Assembly: GCA_012295275.1 (NCBI GenBank) | Contig: CM022665.1 | Span: forward strand, 45,508,001-45,572,000 | From: Chrysomallon squamiferum | Taxonomy: Eukaryota > Animalia > Mollusca | Direction of reading: 5' to 3' | DNA length: 64,000 bases | Shown: positions 13,270 to 27,639 of the stretch, in pieces | How the letters are laid out: the number at the start of each line of letters is the position of its first letter | Numbering within the stretch: the stretch's first letter is position 1 | Program-made: the position numbers and the translations under genes | The notes under the pieces: generated by a model | Seen by the model: only the letters and a program-made list of their open reading frames with translations | Database searches by the model: none | What the model was told of the DNA's origin: nothing

Positions 13270-13894
13270 AAATAAAAACAAATAAAATATAAAAAGTATC
13301 AAAAATGGATTTTCCTCAAGAGGGAGATTATGATCTGTCTTAAAAATTTATTATTTCTGACATTTGTATATATTTGTTTGGATCATATATCTTCTTGAAA
13401 AGTGCAAAAAGTACAGTATTTAGAATGGACTATTGATTCTGTACTGCCAGATATTTCCCAATCCTGACCGAGCTCACAACAATTTATCAAGACCCATTAG
13501 TTTCATATCTATTAGAACTTGCATAGAAAAAGACACTTTGCTATGGATAAATGTAAAAACATCCTCTGAGAACTAACTGCGTGTCTGATGTTAGCAAAGC
13601 TTGACATCCATTAGCTGTATTAGAATAGTAATATTTTCTAGCAAAACTGGTCAAACAAAACAAGGATTAAATATGTTTAAATCAAACTAAATTAATAATA
13701 ATAATAACAATAATAATAATAATAGTGATAGTAATTGTAATAATAATAATAGTAATAATAATAATAATAATAGTAATAAAGTAATAAAATAGTAATAATA
13801 TTATGGTAGTAACAGTAATAGTATTAATAGTAATAATAATTATAATAAAAGTAATAAAAATAATAATAGTAATTATAATAATAATAATAATAAA

Positions 13895-13947
<53 letters not shown>

Positions 13948-16930
13948 AGTAATAATGATGATGATGATGATAATAATAATAATAACTGTAGTGGTAATAG
14001 CAGTAGTAGTAGTAATAAAAATAGTCATTTAACTTACGAAATCATAAATTTTTGGGATAAATATCCTTTGCAATTGAAAAAAAAAAAAAAAATTATAGCC
14101 CGATTTTAAAAAAATAAATATTTTATAATTTAAAATAGACGTAGAATAAAACTGAGTAAATAATAATTAATTAACATTTATGAAAATAAAAGGAAAATAA
14201 AAGAAGTTATTACAGCATTCGAAAAATCCACTGCAGATTACATGTTGCAGCACAGTACATTAACCTGAAAACAAATCTGTTTTTCTTTTTTTTTATTTTT
14301 TTTTTTTTTTTTTTTTTTTCTGGCTTACTTTCTCTTTTTGTCATTAGATAATTCCAAAACATACTGATTTCCATACTTACATATATTTTTTTTTTTTTGA
14401 AATTATAACATGCCTACGTACATAAAAAAAGCATGCATACATGCACATTTATTAATACATACATATTTACACATACTAAGAAAGACAGACAGACAGACAG
14501 ACAGTTATAATTATATACATGTATCTATATGACTATATCAAAATAATTCTTCTGAAAAAAAAAAAAAAAACCAAAATAGTTCACACATAACTAAAATTAA
14601 ATTTACAATGTTTAACAAAAAGAATTTTAGAAAGAGGGACATCATTACTTTAAAAACATGAATAAATATCAGTAAAAAAAATTATATGTTTAAAATTAAA
14701 AATAAAAATAAAAATAAAAATAAAAATAAAAATAAAAAATCAGAGAGTGGAAAGGTTTGCAGGTGAATCCTTCTCTCTCGGATTAGTGCATGTTTACGCT
14801 ACTTTTTATCTAGAATTATGATTATTTAACTTGGGTTGCTTGGCAGCTAGAGGGCAAAGGTCAATGTATATCTTGCATTGGGAATTAAATGTCTGGATTT
14901 TCCTCCCATTTGTGATTATAATTGCAGATGTAGCTGTTTTGATGCCAATATTCTCGACAGAGTAAACTAATATGAAGATAATGGCTGTGAACCTTTTGCC
15001 AATATATTTACTTATCATGTCGGTCAGCGCAAATATTTTCTGAATGTCAGCAAAAATAGACATAAAACAAATTTTTTTTTTCTTTCTTCAAATAAAGATG
15101 AAAGAAATCAAATTAAATAATTTAATAAAAAATAAATAAACATATTAATAAATGTATAAATTAATAATAATTTAATTTCTATAATTTGAAAGAAATATTC
15201 AATACAAAATATGTCAATGAAGAAATGATAATAAAAAAAAATAAAAAAAAATTCAAAGTGGAATATCAGTTTATGACTTGTCTTAAAAAATCGTATATTT
15301 TATTAAAAAAAAGTTTAATTACATGTTTCTAAATTAGCAGTTTAAACTGAATAATGTAACCTTGGTGATAACATAAACATCTTTTTTTTTACATTCCACC
15401 TGGCAGCTTTTTTGATATCCAATCAATCTTTGTTAAAAGATAATATAGTGTGCCCTATTAATACACACAACCCTAGTGTTATCAATAATATGTCTTAAAT
15501 ATTTCAAGGCTAATGCATTAAACACATTTCTTTTCTGATATTTGTGAACAGCGTAAATAATGTAGATGCAATTTACGAAATATTTTTTAAAACATCATTT
15601 TCCGTCTGTTGTGTAAACCATTTTCGAGCACATTTCAAGATGAAAAACACAAAGCAACATTTTCACTGAATTTTTTTTTTTTTATCTACTGTTTGTTTTG
15701 GATTTTGTTGACAAATTTTAAAGCCCTGTGCATGACTGTTATTCACGAAAAACAATAATTTTCCTCAGACTACATGTCATGTTATTTTATTAATTTTAAG
15801 AATACAATTTTATAAAACATGTTTTACATATCAAACAGCTGATACCCCAGTGTACACACTCTCTGTCAGACGTTTTTCAAATACATAAATTTTAATAAAT
15901 ATTTGCATTCATATACTGACACCTCCAAAAGGTTTTTCAGTAACATTCTTTTAAAATAGCTTTGTTTAACAAACACAGAGGCAGATGTATTTTAAATTTG
16001 CATTCTGTATTTGTAAAGACTTTTGAAGATTACTCTTATCATATGAAACTGGCTTCTGTTAATGAATCAAAATATAAGATAAATGAAAGTATCTTGTAAA
16101 TTTAAGAAACTTCCTTTCATTTACATAATTCTAATTCTATAGCTCAGGCAATGAAAGATACCTATTTTCTTTTCCTTTTTTGTAAATTTAAAAATTATTT
16201 TTTATAGGAAAAAAAAAGGGAAAAAAAAAAAAGAAACAGTAAGAAAGAATTTTTTTTTTTTCAACAGCCTAACTACTCACAAAACAGTTCTAATTTTGCC
16301 ACAATCATAACACTGTCTCCAGGCAGTCAGCAATTACTTCCCCTTAATGGTGTAATTGGAATATGAAATTATGGTTTATTTGACAATTGTTGTCATTGCA
16401 TTTCTCCAGGTTTTAGGTTTTTTTTTTGTTTTTTGTTTTTTTTTATATTTAAAAACTAATTATCAGAAATGCAATCCCTGATACACAAAATCAGTTGTTT
16501 CCAATTATCATTTAGTCACAGACTACAAGTCAAATTTTAATATCACTAAATATTCCAGAAAGAGTTACTTACCTTGTTGAAGAAACTGTAAACATTTTGA
16601 AGGCTTTTTGTCCTGATTTAATTAAAGATTTTCATAAAACATTATGCTGATACCAAAAACAGCTAAAATGTTTAAGAAGCCTAAAAGAAATAAAAATAAA
16701 AATAAAATACCTAATTATGCTCATACATTCTGCTATCCAACTAAAGTTAAAATGAAAAAAAAAAAAAAAAATGATCCGTATGTCGATTAATAATGTTTGT
16801 ATTTCACTATAATAATATCCTTATTTTCACTACATATGCATGTGTGTATTTTTAAAACTAATAGGAAAAATACGGTAAAATATTTATATACATATTAAAA
16901 TTTATTTTTAGATTTAAAAAAAAAGTATAA

Positions 16931-16964
<34 letters not shown>

Positions 16965-18701
16965 GAATTATTACTCTTAAATTTTCCCTCCTCTGTTAGT
17001 GTTACCCAGGCAACGACATATATGTATGTAAATGATCAAAATTATATATATATAAATATTACTTAATATTACAACATTAGAACCTTGCTTAAACGTTATC
17101 TGCTGTCTTTTAAGTGTCAAATTAATTCATTTCCTAAGTTAATCATTTCGATGATAATCTTAAATAAATCATTTTTTCTGGTTTTATGATTGTCGTGATT
17201 AATCGATAATAGATAATAAACTGCGTATAAAACAAATGCATAATCTATTCTCTATTATTTAAATATTACCTTTCCTATTTCCAGGTTTTGGATAAAATTA
17301 TTCTAAAGGCAGAGTAATTTGATTAGGCAAAATAAAACAACTCGGATGCAAATTTTGATGCAAACGCCGATTTACATTATCTCCTATATCAAAACAAAGG
17401 GGAGATTACTGTATTTAATAAATGGATGCACATCAAATTATTCCCTATAAATAAATGCTACCGGAAATAAATTATAAAATGCTTTGATAAATGTTTCAAA
17501 TTTTAATCTGTTTTTAGAAAATATATATTAAACGCTGCTTCTTATGGTTAAATTTATAGGTTCCAAAATAAAAAATAAATTAAATTATATCTATATATTA
17601 TAGAAAAGATTAGTACAAAAAGTATAAATAATAATGATGATGATCGTGATGATGCTATTATCGTACTACTATGCTATTATGATACTATTATTAAAAAAAC
17701 ACCCCAAAAGACTTTCAATAATAATATATTAGAATTTATTAGATACTGTTATAAAGACATTATAGCAGGTATTAAGACTATTTTAACACAGGTAACATTT
17801 TATGACATCACGGATGACATTTCCTGTTGTAGTATATTACAGGTATGTTATGCTATGTTATAGGATTTGATATAATTTTCAGGTCTGTATATTCAGTTTT
17901 ATTTTGTCAGTATACTTAAAGGGTGAAAAAGATGAACAGAATCCCTGACTTTACTCCATAATTTACATATTTATCAATTTCTCTGTTAAATTTGCATAAA
18001 AATATAAAATATATTGGCTATGCGACGTCACGTTAGAAAACAATAATAAAAAGAATACATGACAATAGTCTCGCGATACAAAAGAATTTTTTTTATTAGT
18101 TTGATTAACACCATACAGTTCAGACGTTTCAACGTATTAATCCAGTGAATAATTCCAACACTGAGAAGTCTGACGTTTCCTTATTTATATTATTTTAGTA
18201 TACACAATAATTAAAATAATTGTGGTTAAACTTGAAAAGTAGTAGTTTAACAAAAGAACTTTTATTACAAATATGATTCGTACTTTCAGTTTGGAAATAT
18301 AATGACGTTTCATATGAAATGTCACTTTTAGATTGTCAAATTAACTAAGTCTTATTTATGGTCACCATTTAATCTTTCCTAATTTTTTAATTATTAATTT
18401 TTGTTTTTAATTTAAAGGGTGTAAATTACAGTAAATTAACAGAAGTTAACAGGCTCATCAAACTTGAACAAAAAACAAAAAGAACCCCAAATACAACAAC
18501 AACAAAAGAAACAACAACAAATTTCATTTAAATGAACTGATACACTAAACGTGACTAAGAACTGATATGTTAGTTATTTGATTTTATATGTGTATGTGTG
18601 TATGTATATATATCTATATATATATATATATATGTTTATTTATTTATTTATTTATTACAGAATGTTTGGTGCTGAATGACTGAACTGTTGAAGGTACAGC
18701 A

Positions 18702-21700
18702 ATGGCTAATGTTTTCCATGTCGAGTTTGGAATCAACGACACACCTCTGACGAGAGCACTAGAAGAAGGAAATTACACAACTGCAGAACGACTGATTGTT
18801 GAATGTTCAAACCCATCTTACCTCGATGAAGGTCTGTATGAAAGAGAGGCAGGCATAATCAATGACAAAACAGCTTATAAAAATTATTCAAATCCAAGTT
18901 TTTCTGACAGTACCTGATCGTGTAACATTCAAACCCAAGTTTTCTTATACCACCTCATGTAATATTCAAACCCAAGTTTTTTGATGATACCTGACCATAT
19001 CTACTCAGCAAAATTGTTCAGTTATTTCCCAATCCAACCACTGTCTTGTGCTTCGTACATTAGATTCTGTGCCTTAATGTCTCTTGGAAAGTGTGTACTG
19101 TCCTTACTCCCTAGATCTCCAAACAGACAGATCACCTGTGGCTGTGAAGTAGGAAAATGCACACAGATTGTTTTAAATGAGTATTTTTCAATTTGTAAAA
19201 CTGTCACTGGTTAAAATAAATGGAAGGAATTCCCTGTATCACATGGCCTGGTCACTGTAGTGGCCAGTCTGAATATTGATACAATATGTTTGACCACTAT
19301 AAAGGCCATTCATATTCTAAAGGTTAAAATATTGTGTATTACTGATGAATGATTTTTGTCTAAAAGTGATGGTATGTGCTGTGTTTTCTGTATAGAAAAA
19401 TTCACATGCAAGCTCTCTTTTTCTGCTAACAAGAGGAATATTCTTTTGTGTTCAAGAATATATTAATTTTTTTTTTAAAAATGTTTTTGTTATATTTAAA
19501 ATGAACATAGACATGTAGAGTAAAGTACAGTATTGATTTTGTTTTATAGATATAAAGAAATGTCTGTAATTCTTGAGTGTGTGTGTATGTCTGTCAGTAT
19601 CTATCTGTCTCTCTCTCTCCATTTGTCTGCCTTTGTTCATCCATCTATGTACATGTGTGTGTGTGTGTATGTGTCTGTCCATCAATATATGTATTTGTGT
19701 ATGTATGTATGCATGCATGCATGCATGTCTGTCTGTCCGTCCATCCGTCCGTCCGTCCGTCCATCCATCCATCCATCCATCCATCCATCCATCCATCCAT
19801 CTATCTATCTATCTATCTTTCTGTCTGTCAGTCTGTCTTTCTGTATACATGTGTCTTGCTATTTTTTTCAGGCTGCTACCAAAGGACCCCAGTGTTTATC
19901 TGCCTGTGTGGAGTGGATGAGGAAGAGGAGCGAGTGACGACGAGGAATTTTTTCTTAGCTCGACTCATCGTAGAACACGGAGCTAATGTTAACTACAGAG
20001 TTCCACAGGTTTGTGTGCAACTGTAGTTCACTATATAGAGATATATATAATAAATAACAGTTCATATATATATATATATATTTCATTGTTTATTTATAAT
20101 AAATAACAATTCAAAATTTTTTCTATAATAAATTATTAAACAACAATTCATTAATTATTTATAATAAATAATAATTTGTTAACTGTTTATAATAAAGAAC
20201 AATTAATTATTATAACAATACATTAATTATTTATAGTAAATAACAATTCATTAATTATTTATAATAAATAACACTTAACTATTTATTTATAATAAATAAC
20301 AATTCATATATTATTTATAAAGATAACAATTCATTGTTTATTTATGATAAATAACAATTCACTAATTGTCTATAATAAATAAATATGTATTAATTATTTA
20401 TGGTGTCAGTTACATAACAATTTTTTTGGAGCTGTTTATCTCCAAAACAAACCAGGGAAAAGAAAAAAAAAAAAAAAATTAAATTTTTTATTTATTTATT
20501 ATTGTTTTCATTTAGTTAAGTGATAATGTATGTTTGTCAAATGCATCCAATATCCACGACTTTCCTGTGCACTATCACATATAAGAATATTTTTGTGGTT
20601 CATGTAGATATAAAACCGTGGGACATTTTAACATTTAAAATTTACCTTTTGGAAACTGACAATATCACAGCTGCCAGTGCTGAGGAATAATTCTTAAAAT
20701 GCTATATTTTATTTTTATTTTTATTTCTGTTTCTATTTCATTTTATTTTATTTTATTTTATTATTAATTTTTTATTTATTTTTGAATTTTTTTTTACTTC
20801 ATTGATGTATTTATTTATTTATTTATTTACTAATTTAATTTTTATTAATACAAAAAAAATTATTATATTTTATTTTATCACAATTTTTTTATTTTACTTT
20901 ATTTTATTTTATTATTATTATTATTATTTTATTTTATTTTATTTATTTTATTTATTATTTTTTTAAAATTTTTTCTCTGAAAATGAAAAAATGTTTTGAT
21001 GACAACAATCTTGTGTTTATTTGTTGCAGACTTTGTGTGGTTCACAATAATCTTGTGTTTGTTTATTGCAGACTTTGTTTGGTTCTGAATACATAGGACC
21101 AGGAAAGACGTGCTTGGAGTTGCTGGTTGATTTTTATAATGATCTGACACACGACAGTGAACACTACAACATAAAAACATGGTATGTGTTGTCCTGTTAT
21201 TTATTTATTTTTAATTTATATTTTTTGTATATTAGATAACTGAGTAATTCTAAACTTTTATTAATGAGAACAGGATAAAAAAAACATGTATGTTTTTAAT
21301 GTATATTTTTATTACTGAATTTCATTTGAGCTTTTATTCATCACTATAGAATAACATTTGAAACAAGTTTATTTGAAAAAAAATTATGATACTAGTTACA
21401 GATTCAGAAATAATGCAGGAAAAAGAAAGAATTTTATCAATGTATTAAAATTAAATAATTAAAAAAATTTGAAAACTGTTACCTTAATTGTATATAAAAT
21501 ATAAAATAAATAAATAAATGAATGAATAAATAAATTAAAATATCTCTATATATAATTTTTAATTTATTAACATTAAATAATTCCAAAAATTTGAAAACTG
21601 TTACCTTAATCATATATAAATATAAAATAAATGAATGAATGAATGAAAGAATGAATAAATTAAATATATATATTTATATATTCATATATATATATATATA

Positions 21701-21817
21701 TATATATATTTCTTCAATGTATTAAAATTAAACAATTCCAAAAATTTGAAAACTGTTACCTTAATCATTTAATAAAATATAAAATATGTAAATAAATAAA
21801 TGAACAAATAAAAGAAT

Positions 21818-21849
<32 letters not shown>

Positions 21850-22451
21850 CACACACACACACACATATATATCTACATCTATCTATCTATCTATCTATCT
21901 ACATACACTTCATTATCTATTTAATTTTTGTAGCACATTTAAAAATTTCATTTTATTGTCTCTGTTTGACTGTAATTAAAATCAGTTACGTATTGTTATA
22001 TTTTATTTTATTTTATTTTATTTTATTTTATTTTATTTTATTACCTTCCAGGCAGATGTACCACAGAGGGTGGGACCCGGCAGTGGACATTGTGGTGGGT
22101 CTGGACAGGCAGTACCTGAGTACCGTCACTGACATCATAGACCACATGGAGGAACTCATTCTGATCATCCTGAGTAAGATTTGTAACAAGCGCATTTTAA
22201 TTTAAAAAGGAAATAATAATATGAAATTAAAATTTAAAGAGTTTTTTTTTTTTTTTTTGTTTGGAGGAACTGATTCTGATCATCCTTAGTAAGATTTGCA
22301 ACAAGTGTTTTTTAATTTTAAAAGGAAATAATAATAAGAAATTAAAATTTAAAGAGTTTTTCTTGTTTGTTTATTTTTATTTATTTATTTATTTATTTAT
22401 TTTTATTTATATTATTTATTTATTTATTTTATTATTTATTTATTTATATAT

Positions 22452-22528
<77 letters not shown>

Positions 22529-22708
22529 TTAATAATTTGAGAAAAAGAAATATTGTCAGAATAATTATTTGAATTAGTATGTATGTGGGATTTATATTAT
22601 TCTGTAATTTAAAAAAAAAAAAATGTATAATGTATTGAAATTTCCTAAATTTCATATAATTAAGACTGCAAAAGTTTCATATAACTAAAATATCTTGTAA
22701 AAATTATG

Positions 22709-22782
<74 letters not shown>

Positions 22783-25700
22783 TATAAATAAATTAATGCA
22801 TGTATGCTCGTTTTTTTCTTTTTGTAACGAATGTTTTTTGTTGTTTTTTTGGTTTTTTTTACATCCATTCATTCATCCATCTAAACAACAACAACACCAA
22901 CAACAACAACAACAGCAGCACAATCTATCAGAAAACACACACACACAACACAATGCACCAAAAAAAAAAAAAAAAAATGAATAAGAAAACTAATCAACAT
23001 ATATATATTTTTTAACTAATCAATATATATATATATATATTTTATTTTATTTTTAAAACCAGGCAACGGAGGAGACCCGAACATCCTTGACGAGAACCGG
23101 ATGACACTGATGCACCGCATCGCCATGGTCAGCCGCGACCCACGCCTTGTCAGGCTGCTCTGCGACTTCGGCGCCAACGTCAATGCTGTCGATAATTACG
23201 GAAACACGCCGCTGTTGGCCCTGTGTGACGTCAGCATATCTGATGTGTACGACTTCATGGAGGACCTGTCCCCTCCAGCGATGACACCCTGGAAGACAGC
23301 AGGGCCAGTTTGTGCGTGAGGAACGAACTGCTCGATTATTTTCTGAGCAAACGAGAATTAGAGGTGGGTTCTCTTATATTTATTTTTTTTAAATATTTAT
23401 TTATTTATTTATTTATTTGTATTTATAGTTTAAAAAAAATTACACGCACACACACACATATATATGTATTTATGTTTATATATATTTAAAATATTTATTT
23501 ATTTATTTATATTTATAGTTAAAAAAAAAATTACACACACACAAACACACACACATATATATATATATTTATTTTAAAATAAAAAAATTTATAGATGGTC
23601 CATATGTATTTTTTTATATATTTTTTTATTTATTTATATTTATAGTTTAAAAAAAAAATTACTGACACCACACATAATTCATGTTTATATATAGATTTAA
23701 AATATTTATTTATTGACATTTATAGAAAAAAGGCTGTAGCATGCATTTGTGTAGTAGATGTATTTATGACATTTGTACATTAAAGGTTTTATTTATTTAT
23801 TTGTTTTTGATATTTTAAAAAAAAAAAGTTTCTCCACCATGTATATATATATGAATTTATGTTTATATATTTTTAGAATATTTATTTTTCAAAACATTTA
23901 TAGAAAAAAGGACACACACGTGATCAGAAATTTGTGATTATGGTGATGGATGTGTTTTTAATATCTGTTAAAATAATTTATTTGTTTATAGACAGTGTTT
24001 ATAGTTTTAAAAAAGTTTGCTGTTTTAAACATATTTATATATTTATGTTGAAAATGCATTAAAAAGCTGATATATATTTCTTTTTTGCTGGGATTTTGTT
24101 AAACATTCATTCATTCCCTTTCATGTTAAAAGAGAGAATTCAGCTAGATGAAATGTTGACAATTTTAAAGGTTTTGTTGTAAATGTGTTTGTGATACACA
24201 AAAACATTTTTTATTTATGTAAAAGAGGAAGAAACCCTTATGTAAATATAATTTTCAAAACGAACACACAGAAAATAGCACACAGACTCATAGATGTATA
24301 TATATGTTTATTTGTCTATCTCTACATTTTATTCTAAATGATACACAATTGTTTATAATCATTACAATTTTAATTGTTTATAGACTGTAATTTTTATGTT
24401 TGTTTGCTATTTTTAAACAGTTTAGACACACAGAACATCCTAGGACAGACAGTGTTTTTTCACTGAGTACATGTTTGTTGTTAAAATAAATTATGTATGT
24501 TTGTGTATTGAAACAGAGAAGACACACAGAACAACCTAGGACTGTGTGTTGTAAATATACAAACACAAATACATATTTGTAACACACACATTCAAATTAT
24601 GTTTGTGTATTGAAACAGTTAGACACACAGAACAACCTAGGACAGACAGCTTTGTTTCACTGTATACATGTTTGTATGCTGTAATAAATTATGTTTGTTT
24701 GTGTATTGAAACAGCTAGACACACAGAACAACCTAGGACAGACATCTTTGTTTCACTGTATACATGTTTGTATGCTGTAATAAATTATGTTTGTTTGTGT
24801 ATTGAAACAGCTAGACACACAGAACAACCTAGGACAGACAGCTTTGTTTCACTGTGTGCTCAGGGGTGACATGGACAGTGTTCACAAGTTGTTAAAATTC
24901 GGAGCTAACCCAACGCTGAGAGGCTGCGTGTGGGAAACAAGGAAGAGAAAAAGGTTTTTGTTTTTTAAATATACGTAAAATAAAATAAAAATAAAAATAA
25001 TAAAAAAAAAAGGTTCTGAGACCACGTTTTAGTTGGCTAGAGTTAGGTGATATGATTAGTTTTAATACCATTTTTTTTTTTTTTTTTTTTTTTTTTGTGA
25101 TGAAATAAATAGAAATTAATAAAAAATTTACTCCTATTTTTAATCTGTGAAAAGTTATTTTTTAATATTAATTACTGAAATTAATAATAATAATAATAAT
25201 ATATAATAATAATAATATATATATATATATATTTGAAGTTATTGTTTACTTTCACTTAAAAAAACTGTCAACAATCTGCATTATTATTAATATTGCATAG
25301 ATTATAATGATGAATAATATTACTTGAATATTGCAAATATGGTCATGAGTAATATTAATTGAATATTGCAGTGTTATCATCTTGAATAATATTACCCGAA
25401 TATTACAAGTGTCATGATGCTGAATAATCATTTTTGAATACTGCATTGTGTTGTGATGTTCAATAATATTACTGGAATATTACTGGAATACTGCAGTGTT
25501 GTGATGTTGGATAATATTACCGCATATTATTTGAATACTGCATTGTGTTGTGATGTTCAATAATATTACTGGAATATTACTCAAACACTGCATAGTGTTG
25601 TGATGTTGAATAATATTACTGCATATTACTTGAATACTGCATAGTGTTGTGATGTTGAATAATATTACTGGAATATTACTGCAATACTGCATAGTTTTGT

Positions 25701-26589
25701 GATGTTGAATAATATTACTGGAATATTACTTGAATATTGCATAGTTTTGTGACGTTGAATATTATTACTGGAATACTGCATAGTTTGGTGATGTTGATTG
25801 AACAATATTACTGGAATATTGCATTTAATTGTGATGTTGAATAATATTACTGGAATATTACACATAAACTTTATAAAAAAAAAAAAAATTTTTTTTTTTT
25901 TTTTTTTTTTCAGGAAACTCTCTCCTCTTTTTGCTTCATTCCTGTCCATACCGATTCAGAGGTCGTTGAACTGGCAGAACATGCATCACAAACTGACTGC
26001 TGCACCTCAACAGTTAGCTCACCTTGTTGACGCAGGTAACAATAATTTAAAATTTTTTTAATTTTTATTCGTAACCAATTTATAAGCTTTAAATTTACCT
26101 TTGCTAGCTTGAAAAAACATTCCAAAAAAAAAAAAAAAAATGAAAACTATTTTAAAAAAAAATAAATAAAACTTTGCCTACAGTTTATCTGAGAGATTTT
26201 TTTTGGTTTTTGGGTGTGGTTTTTTTTGGCATGTTTTTGGGAAATTGACAATTGAGGTAATGTAGCTGTTGTTGAAATTATGTATGAATAAATATTGACT
26301 TAATATTTGAACATATTTTTTAATATAAAAAGTGAAACACATATTTTTTTTGTATTGATGGTTTCAAAGACAAAACAAACAGCTAAAATTTTAGATGCTA
26401 TGGGGCCAGTGACTCCCAAACATTTTCAGGCTGATGTCACTTTGGCTTTCAGACAACATCCTTCAACTTATTATTATTATTAAATACTATTTTTATTTTT
26501 ATTTCTTTATTTTTTATTGTTGTTATTGATGTTAATAGTATTATCATCTCATAAATATGTGCAAAAAAACCCCTCAAAACACAGATGCT

Positions 26590-26627
<38 letters not shown>

Positions 26628-27635
26628 TTTGCTTGGTTCTGATACCACTTTGGTGTCCCCAACCATCCCCTTTTCCATCATGGACCCCTGCATATTTCCA
26701 CCTCTCTTGTGGGAGCACTGCAGTCAGTTTTAGAAACCACAATACAGACTTTGGTTCTCTAATAATATGATTTAATAAACAGCTGATGTTAATCAATGTT
26801 TTCTAATAGGATTCATAAAGTCAGTTTTGGCTCACAAATAAATGTTATCGTTATATTTTATTATAGGTACATGCCTCCAAATCAAGAATATGCTGATTTT
26901 TTTTTATTTGTCAGTTGCCACAGAAGATTTAAATATTAATTTTTTCGACCTTTTGTCTATTTCCAACAACAAGTTTTAAATAGTGAATTTGATTTTGTTG
27001 ATTTACAGTGATCTTCAAACACACTGTTAACACTCCAACTTCCTCTTTTAAAGATCCAATGAGTAACTGACACCTTCTTTTCTTTTTTTTTTTTTTTTTT
27101 TCCTTTCTCTTCAGGTTTTTTCACAAGGAAGGAGATCGTAGAAGAGCTTCAGGAGTACCTCACTCACGAGTTCCCCGAGTTCAGCCACCTCCATGCCTAC
27201 TCCGGGGTCGTCCTCCACCTCATGTTCGGCCGCACTACCTCCACGCTGTCTCAGCTTGCAGCATCGTCGGTCTTTCAGATGTGCCTCATCCAGAACACCA
27301 CCTGCCTGCAGAAGATCCTCCCAGTGAACACTTTCAAGCAGCAGTTCCTGCCTGAAGACCTGCACCACTTCGACACGTATGAGGAGTACGTCACTCTCGT
27401 GCTGAACAGGACGGTACTTACCTCCCTCGTTCAGATGCTGGGGCTGCCGCAGGACTCCCTCCTCAACTTCGAGGTGGAGCTGCTGCTCCACCAGATGGCC
27501 GTGAGGTTCTCCAAGTACAAGATACAGAGGCCGGAGCACCTGTATTCGCAGAGCAGCGATGCGAGCGAGGACTCTGTGTCCTCGGACAACAGTGATGTGA
27601 GTCAAGAGGACGAGTCTGATCTAGAGTACTGGTGA
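18702..27635 (+). CDS. Ankyrin-repeat protein, ~528 aa, with possible C-terminal SOCS/BC-box-like segment and acidic tail. Exons 18702-18831, 19872-20008, 21072-21181, 22052-22173, 23063-23363, 24811-24953, 25914-26035, 27115-27635
   Basis: All introns are GT-AG with consistent phases. Ankyrin motifs: [20 protein letters not shown]...[26 protein letters not shown]...[51 protein letters not shown]. The model needs one extra C in the C4 run at 23270-23273. The exons are GC-rich islands in AT-rich introns. Confidence 0.85.
24385..24856 (+). repeat. 96-bp tandem repeat (5 units) made of the 3' splice site plus the first ~45 nt of exon 6 of the ankyrin gene
   Basis: 'ttgtgtattgaaacAG|ctagacacacagaacaacctaggacagacagc', with the AG ending at 24420, 24516, 24618, 24714 and 24810. 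Confidence 0.92.
25265..25862. repeat. Degenerate ~40-50-bp minisatellite in intron 6 of the ankyrin gene
   Basis: 'ctgcatagtgttgtgatgttgaataatattactggaatattact' recurs more than 10 times. Confidence 0.9.
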
Positions 27636-27639
27636 CCTG

